From: Candidatus Latescibacterota bacterium
Lineage (GTDB): Bacteria > Latescibacterota > UBA2968 > GCA-2709665
DNA: 64,000 nt
Reading direction: 5' to 3'
Assembly (NCBI GenBank): GCA_965205485.1
Contig: OZ242180.1
Coordinates: 832,001-896,000, forward strand
The stretch's first letter is position 1. The number at the start of each line of letters is the position of its first letter. The notes under the pieces are model-generated. The model was not told where the DNA came from, ran no database searches, and worked only from the letters and a program-made list of their open reading frames with translations. The position numbers were made by a program, and so were the translations under genes. Positions 1 to 11,056 of the stretch are shown here, one piece after another.

Positions 1-1441
1 GGGACGCGAGCGTCCGGTACGGCGGCCGTGCGCCGACGATGCCCGGCGCCTCCTGCTGGTGGGCGGCCCCGTCCAGCACGATGCTGCGCATTCGGGACCT
101 CGGTGGCGTGTACCGCTCTACCATCCCTTCGCCCAGCGGCACCATTTCGTAGAAGCCGGTCACGTTTCCCGCGATGGTGGGAACCGGGTGTTCCGGATCG
201 TGAGCGTAACCGGCCGGCGCGCCGTCCACCCCGGGGGTTGCGGGGCTGAGGCCGCCGCTGCCGTGAAAATAGTACGGCGTGTAACGCGTGCGGGCAAGCG
301 GCCACTCGCGCTCGGACCGCCACGAGCCGCCGTGGTTGAGGCGGCCGGCGTCGTTCCTTCGGCCATCGCCTCCTCCCATCACGAATATACGAACCGGTGG
401 GTCGTCCTCCACGTCGTTGCGGACACCCTTCAGCCATCGATCGAACCAGCGCAGGCGCTCCCGGTTGTACAACTCGTCGCCCCAGGCTGCGCCGGGACCG
501 AAATCCACGTCGCCGGCGAACGAGTCCCCCTCGCCTCGTATGCCGCCGTGGTTCCACGGACCCATCAACAGCCGCTGGGGCGTTTGGTTCTGTTTTGACA
601 TTGCGGTGAAATAGTTCGTCGTCGCCCCGGCAAACGGATCGTACCAACCCCCGCTGAAGACGGAAGGAATATCTCCGTGCCGGGCGAAATAGCGCTCCTG
701 GTCGCAGCAGTCCTGCTGCCAGAACTCGTCGTACTCGCCGCGGTGGTAGTAATCGAACAGCACCCGTTCGAGATTGGGCACCAGGGCCAGGGGCGTGTCC
801 CCGTGCTTGAACGGCGTGGCATGGACCAGTTCCCTCATCCGCGCCATGGCCTCCACGAACGCGCGCTGCGCGGCGGGCTCGTCCCTGATCTCCTGCGCAT
901 CGTGCCCGTGCAGAAACAGGGCGCCGAACATGTGCAGCGCCATCGCGCCGCCCTCGCGGGAGCAGTGCGCGTACATATTGGTCGGCCCCACGTCCTGCCA
1001 CATCGCCGCGAGATTCGGCGGCCGGTACAGCGCCATCACCGCCTGGACGATGGCGCCGTGCGAACTGCCCACCGTGCCCACCCTCCCGTTGGACCATGCC
1101 TGTTCCGCAATCCACGACACGGTGTCGTATCCGTCCATCCCCTCGCCCGGATTGGCGGTATGGAAGTACTGCCCCGTGCCCTCGGACCTGTGCCGGCCCC
1201 TCAGGTCCTGGATAACCGCCACGTATCCCCGCCGGGCGAAAAACATCCCGACGGGCTCCACCCACATCTGAGGACTGCTCTTGTCATAGGACGTCCGCCC
1301 CAGAATCACGGGATATCTGCCAGGCGCGGGTTCCCCCTCGACGGCGGGGCGGTAGACGTCCGTAGCCAGCCGCACGCCGTCGCGCATAGGCACCATGACG
1401 TCAGTGGCAATTACAACGCCGTATTCCGGTTCCGGGTTCAT
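1..1441 (-). CDS. CocE/NonD family serine hydrolase, 3' end runs off the window
   Basis: Not in the ORF track because it is open at the edge. Manual translation from ATG at 1441 gives MNPEPEYGVVIATDVMVPMRDGVRLATDVYRP...RTSYDK...QDLRGRHRSEG...DGYDTVSWIAEQAWSNGRVGTVGSSHGA, the typical CocE/NonD N-terminus with a G-x-S-x-x nucleophile. Confidence 0.9.
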   Translation of the reverse strand, partial: MNPEPEYGVVIATDVMVPMRDGVRLATDVYRPAVEGEPAPGRYPVILGRTSYDKSSPQMWVEPVGMFFARRGYVAVIQDLRGRHRSEGTGQYFHTANPGEGMDGYDTVSWIAEQAWSNGRVGTVGSSHGAIVQAVMALYRPPNLAAMWQDVGPTNMYAHCSREGGAMALHMFGALFLHGHDAQEIRDEPAAQRAFVEAMARMRELVHATPFKHGDTPLALVPNLERVLFDYYHRGEYDEFWQQDCCDQERYFARHGDIPSVFSGGWYDPFAGATTNYFTAMSKQNQTPQRLLMGPWNHGGIRGEGDSFAGDVDFGPGAAWGDELYNRERLRWFDRWLKGVRNDVEDDPPVRIFVMGGGDGRRNDAGRLNHGGSWRSEREWPLARTRYTPYYFHGSGGLSPATPGVDGAPAGYAHDPEHPVPTIAGNVTGFYEMVPLGEGMVERYTPPRSRMRSIVLDGAAHQQEAPGIVGARPPYRTLAS

Positions 1442-1648
1442 GTTCTTTCGGCTCCTCCAATTGGCGAATGCCAGTGTTCTGTCCCGGAAATAAGTTGCCT
1501 GAATTCGACCGCCGAGTCGCCCGGCTCGCAAGGCGCCAGAGCGCAGGCGACCTGCGTAAGGTCGGCGAGCGAGGGCAACGTAGCGAGACGGGATGAATCG
1601 GCGGTCGAATGGTGAGGAATTTTTGGGACAGGACACCAGGACCGACTG

Positions 1649-4330
1649 TTATGCCAGAATTCCGTTTCCGGCGACAATGGCGGGTACGCCGGATTCGAGC
1701 CGGAACTCCACGAAATCGGTCTCAATTTGCAGATCGAGCGTGGTATCGCGAACGTGTACCGTCTTACCCTTGCAGATTGCGACCGACAACAACTCGCCGC
1801 CGCGTCCCCGTCGAACCATGCAAAGCTCCGCGTCGGTCCGGATGTCCGTGTCCTCCTGCAGCATCCACCTGCCTTCCCGCCCCATGTCTTCCGCGTCCAT
1901 CGCCAAGATCACGTCCCGGCGACCATCGGCGAGTTCGATTTCCACGGCAACGTCCGAATCCGAAGGGACCGGCCCGTCTTCGCGTTCCACGGAAAGACGT
2001 CGTATTCCGGAGATGGCCGGCTCATCCTCATAGGGTTCGATGACACCCACGAACGTGGAAGCCAGCGGACCCGTATCCGACTCGCGCCGCACCATCACCC
2101 GCGGGATCCAGTCCGTCTCATTGCCTCCAAACCCCCGCAGCGCAACCCAGGCCTCGGCAGTACAGGCCTGCGCGCCTTGGGTCAGGTCGGTATACCGAAG
2201 ATGGATATCGCGGTTCGCGTCCAGATATCCGTACCGGTCCTCCACCTTCCAGTCCGCGTGCCATCCAGGCGCCGGTTGTTCATCACTCATAAAACTGCGC
2301 ATCTGCGTTTCGTACCCATAATCGGCGGCCGGAACCAGCGCGAGCCCCCGTGTTGAAATCTTCCCGAAATGACTGTGCATGAACTTCGCGTGGTCTCGTC
2401 CGCCTGCAACGCGGAATACGTCCAGAAGGTAGCTGCTGTTGTCCGATGTGTCCACCATTGCCACGGTCCGTTCATAGCGCGGTATCCCGTACAGGGCTGA
2501 ACCGTTCGCCCGGATCGCCCGGAACCCCTCGCCGTCCGCCCACAACGTGGACTCGCCGTCCGAAGGACGCTCCTGGTCCTTTCCGTCTACAACCACGGTG
2601 TTGTGACCGGCGGTACTCACGTACCAGTGAAACTTCGGCCCGCTCCACCCTCCGAAATGTACCGGCGGATATCCGAAGTCCGGCATCAGATCCAGACCCA
2701 TTGCGAAGAGTCCGAGGTTCATCCCGTCGGCGTGTCCGTGAGGTCCGCCGGAGTCGTAGTCCAGCCACGCGGCGCGGCGGCCATCGCCCCGGCCCGACCG
2801 CAGGATGGCGAGACGCCACTCCGTCTTGTTGGCGCTGGCCTGTTGGATTTCCGTCCCGCTGGCGTCGATAACGGCCTGCACGTCGGCCTGAAATGCCTCC
2901 GGATCGTCCACAAAGAGATCGTGCGGCAACCCGTTGACCGTACTGCCGTTCGCCTGGTACAGGGCCTGCACGTAGGCCGAATCGCCCGTTTCCCGGTACA
3001 GGTCCCACAAAAAAGCGTACATCGACGGCTCCAGCCCGGGATCATCGGAGAAGGAGACGCCCACGTAATTGTCGACCTTCCCCGCGTAGTATCCCGTGTC
3101 GCCGGCCTGGGGGTAGTATTGCTGCAGGCACCACGTATCGATATGAAACCGGTACGTCTGCCGCAGCTTCGGGTGCCTTGCCAGCATATCGCCCAGGAAT
3201 CCGGGGTCGACCCTGCTGAACCGCGCCAGGAACTGCGCCAGGCTCTGAATTACCCCTGAACAATAACCCGCAAGTCCCTTTTCCCCCGTCACGCCGTCCA
3301 CCGCCGTGGCGCGTTCCATCATCTCGGCGATCAATCCGTATACCTTCTCCCGGTTTCCCTCCCAGTCAAGGACCGAGTGAAGCGTGATCAACGCGATTTC
3401 CTTGCGGGGATAGTTGGACCGGATCCGATCATGATTAACGACCGTATCCAGGAGTATACCCTCCTCGATATTCCGCGTTACGTCCGCCGGCGACGCCTTG
3501 CTCGCCTCAATACCGTACTGCGCGGCCTTGCCGCTCAGGAATTCCGCCAGCGCTTCATCCTCTCCCAACGCGTCCCGGACCTGATCGTAAGCCTGCGCGA
3601 GCGCCCTCGCTTCCTCGCACGCGTCGTGCCAGGTGGACACGTACCCGGCGTGCGCGGGACCTTCGTACATCATCGCCTGATCTTTGAAATTGAACGTCGT
3701 GTACAGGTCCGCCACCCGGTCGAGCAGCACGCCCGCCTTGTGGGCAAAAACGGGCTCTCCGGTTGCCGCGTAAGCCTCCGCCAGCGCCCTTATCCCCCCA
3801 TGTACGATCTGCTTCCACTGTCCGTAGACCAGGTAGGTCCCAACGAACCACCAGGTATTCTCTCCTTCCCGATACCCCTCGCCGTCGTCCACCCCGAACA
3901 GGTGCAACGGATCCGCCGGATCGGGATGCTCCGTATTGAACAAGAGGGACCGGTCCGCAAGCTCGTGCTGAAACACGCCGTGTTCATCGAGACCGGAGCG
4001 GTAGAACGCGTGGAAGTCGTTTTTGGGAAACAGCTCTTCGCAGTGCGGGCATCGAAGCTTCCACGGGAGGCGCAACGCCTGGATACGCCAGTTGTACATG
4101 GGCACGCCCTTCCCGCACGCCGGGCAGTGCCCGTTGGACCAGACCATCCAGGACCTCCGGATGGTACTGCCGAACATCAGGTCCCACAGCTCATCGTCAG
4201 AGAATTCCATCCACGGCTGAGCAGTCTCGACGATCCGGTCCCTCGCTCGCTTCGCCCACGCGTGGTTCTCGGCGTTGCGCTTCGCCCTTTCAATCAACGC
4301 CGCCGGGTAGAACAGGCTGCCGTTGCTCAC
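1649..4330 (-). CDS. Heparinase II/III-like protein (putative oligosaccharide/polysaccharide lyase)
   Basis: 893 aa with HGHADGMNL, PDFGY and GHNTVVVDG motifs. N-terminal CPAC/CPHC cysteine pairs. No signal peptide. Confidence 0.75.
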   Translation of the reverse strand: MSNGSLFYPAALIERAKRNAENHAWAKRARDRIVETAQPWMEFSDDELWDLMFGSTIRRSWMVWSNGHCPACGKGVPMYNWRIQALRLPWKLRCPHCEELFPKNDFHAFYRSGLDEHGVFQHELADRSLLFNTEHPDPADPLHLFGVDDGEGYREGENTWWFVGTYLVYGQWKQIVHGGIRALAEAYAATGEPVFAHKAGVLLDRVADLYTTFNFKDQAMMYEGPAHAGYVSTWHDACEEARALAQAYDQVRDALGEDEALAEFLSGKAAQYGIEASKASPADVTRNIEEGILLDTVVNHDRIRSNYPRKEIALITLHSVLDWEGNREKVYGLIAEMMERATAVDGVTGEKGLAGYCSGVIQSLAQFLARFSRVDPGFLGDMLARHPKLRQTYRFHIDTWCLQQYYPQAGDTGYYAGKVDNYVGVSFSDDPGLEPSMYAFLWDLYRETGDSAYVQALYQANGSTVNGLPHDLFVDDPEAFQADVQAVIDASGTEIQQASANKTEWRLAILRSGRGDGRRAAWLDYDSGGPHGHADGMNLGLFAMGLDLMPDFGYPPVHFGGWSGPKFHWYVSTAGHNTVVVDGKDQERPSDGESTLWADGEGFRAIRANGSALYGIPRYERTVAMVDTSDNSSYLLDVFRVAGGRDHAKFMHSHFGKISTRGLALVPAADYGYETQMRSFMSDEQPAPGWHADWKVEDRYGYLDANRDIHLRYTDLTQGAQACTAEAWVALRGFGGNETDWIPRVMVRRESDTGPLASTFVGVIEPYEDEPAISGIRRLSVEREDGPVPSDSDVAVEIELADGRRDVILAMDAEDMGREGRWMLQEDTDIRTDAELCMVRRGRGGELLSVAICKGKTVHVRDTTLDLQIETDFVEFRLESGVPAIVAGNGILA

Positions 4331-4450
4331 GTCTGTGCCTCCTCGTTGTGTTGCGACGCCGGGTCGTTCCTGCTTGATCGGCCCGGCACGGCACCCTATT
4401 TTCGCTCAGAATGATTGCACTGGAAACCCCACGGACCAGGAAACGGACCC

Positions 4451-5665
4451 ATGCTGGTTGCTTCACAGGACTTCCGCTGGCACAACCGCGGTGAAGGAGG
4501 CGTCTACGTCTTCGGAGAAGACGGCTACCTCACCATCGACGGTTCACGAGGCCGCGCGTGCTGTTCCCGGCGTATCGAAAACCTCATCCGGCGCACGGAG
4601 GATGCAATCGCGCTGAAACTCCGGGTCGCCTTGGGAAGATGCTACCATATCCTCTTCCATGGCGCGGACGACCGGATTGCACTGGATTGCCGGATCGACG
4701 TCGACGGCCGAATCCAGCTGACCGGAGAACGGGGAACCGTCGACGCCGGCGTATCCCTGACCTTTCACTACGGCAAGCCCTACGCCGATCCGGCCGTTCG
4801 CCCACCCTACTGCGTGCCGTCGGACGAACATCGCCTGACCTTTTCGGGATTCGATTTCGAAAAGGGGAGGTTTTTGTTCACCCTTGACAATAACGACCCG
4901 GTCGAGATCTCCGGATGCATTGGGCCGAACATCGACGAAATACGCACGATCGAACTCACCACGGTGACCATTGAAACCGGCAGCCTCATCCGTCTGAGGG
5001 AATACGCCGAATACAGAGGCGATTCGATCTCGTTCAGGGAGACCTTCCCGTTGCACTGGGCGCCGGTTCCTCCCCCTCGGGACGGCATGCCGGACGACAA
5101 CGTCTGCGAGACCGTGATGCGTCCTGTGGACTACCGGTGGCTCGAGACGGCCACGAAGTACGGCTATGTCAAGGTCCGCATCCCGCCGCTGAGAGCGGGC
5201 GCATTGGAATTCGAAATGAAGCCCGCCGACGCAGAGCTGGAGTCATGCCTCATCCTGGAGGAGTACCAGGGCATCATCAAATACGGCAACATCCAGTTCG
5301 GGTTGCTCGGGGGAAAGATAATCATCTGCACCGCTGAAGGCATCACCGAATTCGATCAGGCCGTCGAGGTTGCGAACGACACGGTGTACAGGTTCCGGAT
5401 TGAATGGGATGCGCGAAGCGGAGTGGTGCGTTTCCAGATCAACGGCGAAACGATGACGCACGGTGGGTCGGACGCATTCTCCTTCGCCAACCTTCCCGGC
5501 AACGGTATCGACACCATCACGCTCCATCCCGGAGACGTGCGGGCGAGACGAAGTCTGATACAGAAGCGTCAAGGCGTAAGGGAGCAGGACGTGCCCACGT
5601 CGATCGTGCACTGGGGCGCATTCCGGGTATACGATCTGGCAGGCAAACAAGCTGATTCACATTGA
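4451..5665 (+). CDS. Hypothetical protein, beta-rich (possibly ConA/LamG-like domains)
   Basis: Long ORF divergent from the heparinase-like gene. ATG at 4451 preferred over TTG at 4415. Strand-like patterns such as ALEFEMKP and YRFRIEWD...VRFQING. Confidence 0.6.
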   Translation: MLVASQDFRWHNRGEGGVYVFGEDGYLTIDGSRGRACCSRRIENLIRRTEDAIALKLRVALGRCYHILFHGADDRIALDCRIDVDGRIQLTGERGTVDAGVSLTFHYGKPYADPAVRPPYCVPSDEHRLTFSGFDFEKGRFLFTLDNNDPVEISGCIGPNIDEIRTIELTTVTIETGSLIRLREYAEYRGDSISFRETFPLHWAPVPPPRDGMPDDNVCETVMRPVDYRWLETATKYGYVKVRIPPLRAGALEFEMKPADAELESCLILEEYQGIIKYGNIQFGLLGGKIIICTAEGITEFDQAVEVANDTVYRFRIEWDARSGVVRFQINGETMTHGGSDAFSFANLPGNGIDTITLHPGDVRARRSLIQKRQGVREQDVPTSIVHWGAFRVYDLAGKQADSH

Positions 5666-6017
5666 CGATACGGCCCGGCGAAATCAACTCGCGCGCGATC
5701 GTCCGGCTAAAGGTTTCTGGAACCTGCGCCCGGTGGAGTTCGTCAGCGAGGTACATGGCTCGACGGTAGCGATCGAACTCGTTGACATCTGACTTCAATC
5801 ATCCCGCGATTCTCTGACAAGCTGGCACGTTTATGGGAAAGATCGTGAGTTTTCACCGTAAATCAGATAAAGTATCCGCCCTTGACTTTCCGGTGGCATT
5901 GTTTAATTTCCGTTCGGCCCCCGGCGCTCGATCGTCGGACCGGACATTGGGATCCCGCACAGTCAGACGGAAACGGCGAAATGCTGCGCGCCGCCGTCAA
6001 GGGAAAATCAGGGAGGA

Positions 6018-7292
6018 ATGATTGTGCACGTCGCGATAATCGGCAACGGCGTCACCGGCGTTACCGCTGCGATCAGGCTGCGGCGAAAACAGCCGGACTG
6101 GCGCATCACCCTTATTTCCGGCGAATCCAGATTCCACTATTCGCGGCCGGCCCTGATGTACGTTTTCATGGGTCATATGACCTATAACGGCACCAAGCCC
6201 TTCGAGGACGACTTCTGGTCCATCAACCGGCTGGATCTGCGCCGGGACTGGGTCACCCGGATCGACGCTTCCGGCAAATGCCTTTCCCTCCACCGCGGCG
6301 GAGACTTTCACTTCGACAAACTGCTCATCGCCACGGGCTCGAAATCAAACAAATTCGGGTGGCCGGGACAGGACCTCAAAGGCGTTCAGGGACTCTATTC
6401 ACTCCAGGACCTTCGCACCCTGTACGATAACGCGAAGCACACGCGACACGCCGTCATCGTAGGGGGCGGCCTCATCGGCATCGAACTGGCCGAAATGCTG
6501 CATTCGCGCAACATACACGTCACCTTTCTCGTGCGCGAACCGTCTTACTGGGGCAACATCCTCCCGATGGAAGAGTCCGGCATGATCAACGAGATCATCC
6601 GGGAACAGGGGCTTGGTCTGAGACTCCGGACCAGCCTGAAAGAGATTCTGGACGACGGGAACGGCAGGGCAGGCGGTGTTGTGACGGAAGACGGCGAGAC
6701 TTTGGAATGCCAGTTTGTGGGCCTGACCGCCGGCGTGTCTCCAAATATAGACCTTGTAAGGGATTCCGATATCGAAACCGGCAGGGGGATCCTGGTCGAC
6801 CACAGTTTTCAGACCAGCGTTCCAGATGTGTATGCCGCGGGCGACTGCGCCGAAATCGTCACCGGCGGCGAGCGGAATCTGTTGCAGCAGGTCTGGTACA
6901 CCGGCAAGAAACAGGGTGCGGTCGCGGGCGACGTCATCGCGGGCGAAGACTGTACCTACGACCCGGGCATCTGGTTCAACTCCGCCAAATTCCTGGATCT
7001 GGAATACCAGGTCTACGGCCGCGTCAACCTCAATGTGCCAGGCGAAAAGAACCTCTACTGGCAACACTCCGCACAGCGCCAGTCCGTGCGCATCGTACAC
7101 ACCGAACCGGACGTGATCGGGATCAACCTCATGGGTATCCGCTACCGCCACGAAGTCTGCGAACGCTGGATTTCGGAACAGCGCCCGGTCGACTTCGTGC
7201 TCGACCACCTGGCGGACGCCAACTTCGACCCCGAGTTCTTCGACAGGCACGAATCCGATATCGTACCCGCCCTCAGGGAGCAACTGTCATGA
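6018..7292 (+). CDS. NAD(P)/FAD-dependent oxidoreductase (pyridine nucleotide-disulfide / ferredoxin reductase-like)
   Basis: IIGNGVTG (FAD), LIATG, IVGGGLIG (NAD) and YAAGD motifs. GGAGG RBS. Confidence 0.9.
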   Translation: MIVHVAIIGNGVTGVTAAIRLRRKQPDWRITLISGESRFHYSRPALMYVFMGHMTYNGTKPFEDDFWSINRLDLRRDWVTRIDASGKCLSLHRGGDFHFDKLLIATGSKSNKFGWPGQDLKGVQGLYSLQDLRTLYDNAKHTRHAVIVGGGLIGIELAEMLHSRNIHVTFLVREPSYWGNILPMEESGMINEIIREQGLGLRLRTSLKEILDDGNGRAGGVVTEDGETLECQFVGLTAGVSPNIDLVRDSDIETGRGILVDHSFQTSVPDVYAAGDCAEIVTGGERNLLQQVWYTGKKQGAVAGDVIAGEDCTYDPGIWFNSAKFLDLEYQVYGRVNLNVPGEKNLYWQHSAQRQSVRIVHTEPDVIGINLMGIRYRHEVCERWISEQRPVDFVLDHLADANFDPEFFDRHESDIVPALREQLS

Positions 7293-8785
7293 TCGATACC
7301 GCCACCCTCGACTACGACTTCGACGAGGAAACGCTTGGCTTCGAGGAACCGCCCGAGCAGCCCGCGCCGCCGGCATCCTGGCCCGAAAGGCTCTCGATTG
7401 CGGCCGTCTCGCTCGGCTTCCTGACCCTCATCGTCACCCTGCTCGGTCCGCTTTCCGGTACCTGGGCCGGCATCCTGCTCAGCTTCGGCCTGATCGTGCT
7501 GGGTTCGGCCGCGTATTACTGGTTCGCCTACATGAACACCGTCCCGGGGATCAAGCACGACGGCATCATGTTCGGCAGCGCGACCCATCTGGGGCTCATC
7601 GGATGGGCCCTGGGCATCGGAATCACCGGATTCTACGTGGTGCTCTACTGGTTTCCCGAATACCTGGAACGCGGCGTCCGGCTGGTGGACCCGCTATCCC
7701 TGGCGCTCGCCGGGGGTCCGGCGGACCGATGGTTCTTCTACGGCTTCCTCTACACGCTCGCCATCCTCGTGTTCGGCGTCCGCATGTTCATGAAGTACCG
7801 CCACAACCGCTACCAGATCGTCCGCACCGCGTCCGTGATGTTCTTCCAGCTCGGCTTCGCCTTTCTCATTCCGCAGATGCTCAAGAGCTTCAACCAGCCC
7901 GAGTTCTATTTCACCTATTTCTGGCCGCTAAAATACGACTACCTCTTTCCCTCAACCGTGGGCAGCCTGACCGGCCATCCCGGCGCACTCGGCGTCTTTA
8001 TGGTCTTCTGGGGCGCCGTCGCGACATTCATCGCCACGCCCGTGCTCACCTACTTTTACGGAAAACGCTGGTACTGCTCCTGGGTATGCGGGTGCGGCGG
8101 CCTCGCCGAGACGCTGGGCGATCCCTTCCGCCAGCTCTCGAGCAAGACGACCCGCTCCTGGAGAGTCGAGAGGGGCATCATCTACTCGGTCCTCATCTTC
8201 ATCACCGTAACCACGATCGCGCTCTGGGTCAACTCCGCCACCGAAGGCCGCGTCTTCGGCCGCCTGTCGGGACCGCTTGCCAGCGCGTACGGATTCTACA
8301 TCGGCGCCCTGTTTTCCGGCGTCATCGGCGTGGGTTTCTATCCGCTGATGGGCAGCCGGGTCTGGTGCCGCTTCGGCTGTCCGATGGCCGCGATCCTGGG
8401 CATCTTCCAGCGTTTCTTCTCCCGCTTCCGGATCACCACCAACGGCGGCCAGTGCATGTCCTGCGGCAACTGCTCCACCTACTGTGAAATGGGCATCGAC
8501 GTCCGGGCGTACGCACAGCGCGGCGAGAACATCGTTCGCGCTTCATGCGTGGGATGCGGCATCTGTTCCGCGGTCTGCCCGCGCGGTGTGCTCAAACTGG
8601 AAAACGGCTCCACGCACGCCGACAGGTACCCCGGCTCCGATCGTCCGCTGGCTGCTTTCCAGGAAGCGGTGAGCGCCGCCAAGGTGTACGAGGGAAAAAA
8701 CGGGGCGGCCGCGCCGGAACCGGCCGATCCCGCCCTCCTCAGCCAGCGCAGGCCGCTCAAATCGCAGTTTACGCGGCGTCTATAA
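7289..8785 (+). CDS. Polytopic membrane 4Fe-4S protein (NapH/MauN/RdxA-like)
   Basis: True start is likely ATG 7289, in an ATGA overlap with the upstream gene. Many TM helices. CSWVCGC and CRFGCP motifs plus a C-terminal dicluster [11 protein letters not shown] / [12 protein letters not shown]. Confidence 0.88.
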   Translation: MIDTATLDYDFDEETLGFEEPPEQPAPPASWPERLSIAAVSLGFLTLIVTLLGPLSGTWAGILLSFGLIVLGSAAYYWFAYMNTVPGIKHDGIMFGSATHLGLIGWALGIGITGFYVVLYWFPEYLERGVRLVDPLSLALAGGPADRWFFYGFLYTLAILVFGVRMFMKYRHNRYQIVRTASVMFFQLGFAFLIPQMLKSFNQPEFYFTYFWPLKYDYLFPSTVGSLTGHPGALGVFMVFWGAVATFIATPVLTYFYGKRWYCSWVCGCGGLAETLGDPFRQLSSKTTRSWRVERGIIYSVLIFITVTTIALWVNSATEGRVFGRLSGPLASAYGFYIGALFSGVIGVGFYPLMGSRVWCRFGCPMAAILGIFQRFFSRFRITTNGGQCMSCGNCSTYCEMGIDVRAYAQRGENIVRASCVGCGICSAVCPRGVLKLENGSTHADRYPGSDRPLAAFQEAVSAAKVYEGKNGAAAPEPADPALLSQRRPLKSQFTRRL

Positions 8786-10997
8786 TAGCGTTGAGTGTCC
8801 GGCTGGGACGCATTGCGCCGGCGGTCAGGCCCGGATCGGGTGCGTAATAGCCGCCAAGATCCACCGGCTCACCCTGGGCGGCCAGCAACTCCGCGCTTAT
8901 CCGATCTTCATTCTCCTCGAGTTTTCCCGCAACGTTTCCGAACCTGGCTTTCAGCTCCGCGTCGCTTTCCTGTGCGGCCAGGGCCTGGGCCCAGTACATC
9001 GCGAGATAGAAGGTGCTGCCCCGGTTGTCGATCTCGTTCACCTTTCGGGAGGGCGACCGCGAGTTCTCCAGGTATTTCGTAATGGCGCGGTCCAGCGTGT
9101 CCGCGAATACCGTGGCCTTCGCGTTTCCCGCGGTCTCGGCGATCAGGCGAAACGAAGGCACCAGGGCGCAGTATTCTCCCAGCGAGTCCCACCTCAGGTG
9201 CCCCTCCCGCAGGAACTGTTGGACGTGCTTGGGCGCCGATCCGCCCGCCCCGGTCTCGAAGAGCCCACCGCCGTTCATCAACCTGACGATCGACAGCATC
9301 CTCGCGCTGGTCCCGAGTTCGAGTATTGGAAACAGATCCGTGAGATAGTCGCGAAGCACGTTGCCCGTCGCCGCGATCGTATCCTCCCCCCTGCGTATCC
9401 GCTCCAGCGAAAACCGCATTGCGTCCCTTGGCTTCATCACGCGGACGTCCAGGCCCGCGGTGTCGTGTTCGGACAGGCAGGCGTTCAGCTTCCCGATTAT
9501 CTCGACATCGTGCGCCCTTTGACGGTTCAGCCAGTACACCACCGGTGTTCCGGAGACCCTCGCCCGCCTCACGGCCAGCCCGACCCAGTCCCTGATCGCG
9601 GCGTCTTTCGTCTGGCACATCCGGAAGACATCCCCGGTTTCAACCGACTGGTCGAGCATCACGTTTCCGGACGCGTCCACAACGCGGATCTCACCGTCCG
9701 CGGGCGCTTCGAAGGTCTTGTCGTGCGACCCGTATTCCTCCGCCTTCTGCGCCATCAGACCCACGTTGGACACGCTGCCCATCGTGGCGGGATCGAACTG
9801 TCCGCGCGCCTTCGCGTCTTCCAGAATCTCCTTATACATGGTCGCGTAGCACCGATCCGGCACCATGGCGATCGTATCCTGCAGCTCGCCGTTACGGTTC
9901 CACATCTTCCCGCCGTCCCGAACCACATTGGGCATCGAGGCATCGATGATAACGTCGTTCGGCATGTGGAGATTCGTGATGCCGCGGTTGGAATCGACCA
10001 TCGCCAGTCCGGGACGAGTCTCATATACCGCGGCGATGTCGGCCTCGATCTCCGACCTTCTGCCGGCGGGAAGGCGATCGAGCCGTGACAAAACGTCCGC
10101 CAGGCCGTAGTTCACGTCGGCCCCGATCGCTTCCAGCGTACCGGCGTGTTTTTCCAGCGCTTCCTGAAAATAGACGGAGACGCAGTGACCGAACATAATG
10201 GGATCAGAGACTTTCATCATCGTGGCCTTGAGATGCAGCGACAGCAGCGCCCCGTCCCGCTTCGCGTCGTCCATCTGCTCGGCAAAGAACCGTCTGAGGG
10301 CTTTCACGTTCATCACAGCGGTATCGACAACCTCACCGGCTTCCAGTGATATTTCGTCCTTGAGCACAGTGACCCGACCGTCGGCGGCCACGAACTCGAT
10401 CCGGACCCGGACCGCTGAGCTCACGGTGGTCGATTTCTCGCTCTCGAAGAAGTCGCCGCCCGTCATGTGGGCGACACGCGCCCTGGACCCCGACTCCGGC
10501 CACGGCCGCATCATCCTGTGCGGATTTCTCCGGAAGAATGCCTTTACCGAAGCGGCGGCCCGCCGGTCCGAGTTGCCCTCGCGCAGGACGGGATTGACGG
10601 CTGAGCCGAGAATCACGGTAAACCGGGACTGCAACTCTCTCTCAGCGTCGGTTTTCGGCTCGTCAGGATAGTCCGGGATGTCAAATCCCTTGCCCTGCAG
10701 TTCCTCGATGGCCGCTTTCAGCTGCGGGACCGTCGCGCTGATGTTGGGCAGTTTGAGGATATTGGCCTCGGGTTTCCGGGTCAGGGCGCCGAGTTCACCC
10801 AGGCAATCCGGAATCCGCTGCGCATCGGCCAGATTTTCGGGAAAATTGGCGATGATCCGGCCCGCAAGAGAGATGTCGCTGAGTTCGACGTCGATGCCGG
10901 ACCCCCGTGTGTACGCATGAACAACCGGCAGCAATGCGCAGGTTGCCAGCGCGGGAGCTTCGTCGATCTTGGTCCACATGATTTTGGCTGTCGCCAT
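8769..10997 (-). CDS. icd: Monomeric NADP-dependent isocitrate dehydrogenase
   Basis: [68 protein letters not shown] and [13 protein letters not shown] motifs. About 742 aa from MATAKI. Confidence 0.97.
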   Translation of the reverse strand: MATAKIMWTKIDEAPALATCALLPVVHAYTRGSGIDVELSDISLAGRIIANFPENLADAQRIPDCLGELGALTRKPEANILKLPNISATVPQLKAAIEELQGKGFDIPDYPDEPKTDAERELQSRFTVILGSAVNPVLREGNSDRRAAASVKAFFRRNPHRMMRPWPESGSRARVAHMTGGDFFESEKSTTVSSAVRVRIEFVAADGRVTVLKDEISLEAGEVVDTAVMNVKALRRFFAEQMDDAKRDGALLSLHLKATMMKVSDPIMFGHCVSVYFQEALEKHAGTLEAIGADVNYGLADVLSRLDRLPAGRRSEIEADIAAVYETRPGLAMVDSNRGITNLHMPNDVIIDASMPNVVRDGGKMWNRNGELQDTIAMVPDRCYATMYKEILEDAKARGQFDPATMGSVSNVGLMAQKAEEYGSHDKTFEAPADGEIRVVDASGNVMLDQSVETGDVFRMCQTKDAAIRDWVGLAVRRARVSGTPVVYWLNRQRAHDVEIIGKLNACLSEHDTAGLDVRVMKPRDAMRFSLERIRRGEDTIAATGNVLRDYLTDLFPILELGTSARMLSIVRLMNGGGLFETGAGGSAPKHVQQFLREGHLRWDSLGEYCALVPSFRLIAETAGNAKATVFADTLDRAITKYLENSRSPSRKVNEIDNRGSTFYLAMYWAQALAAQESDAELKARFGNVAGKLEENEDRISAELLAAQGEPVDLGGYYAPDPGLTAGAMRPSRTLNAIIDAA

Positions 10998-11056
10998 TTG
11001 CTGTCCTCTCCTTCCCATGATCGAAAAACCGGCCGCGAGACGGGCCTCGGATTGCA

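Noticed and set aside
677..1615. 312-aa plus-strand ORF, and similar long antisense ORFs such as 12185-13411 and 19325-21310
   Set aside because: These are shadow frames of well-supported opposite-strand genes in high-GC DNA and show no motifs.
6707..7288. N-terminal extension of the 692-aa ORF
   Set aside because: It overlaps the oxidoreductase and is Arg-rich nonsense. The ATGA-coupled start at 7289 is far more plausible.
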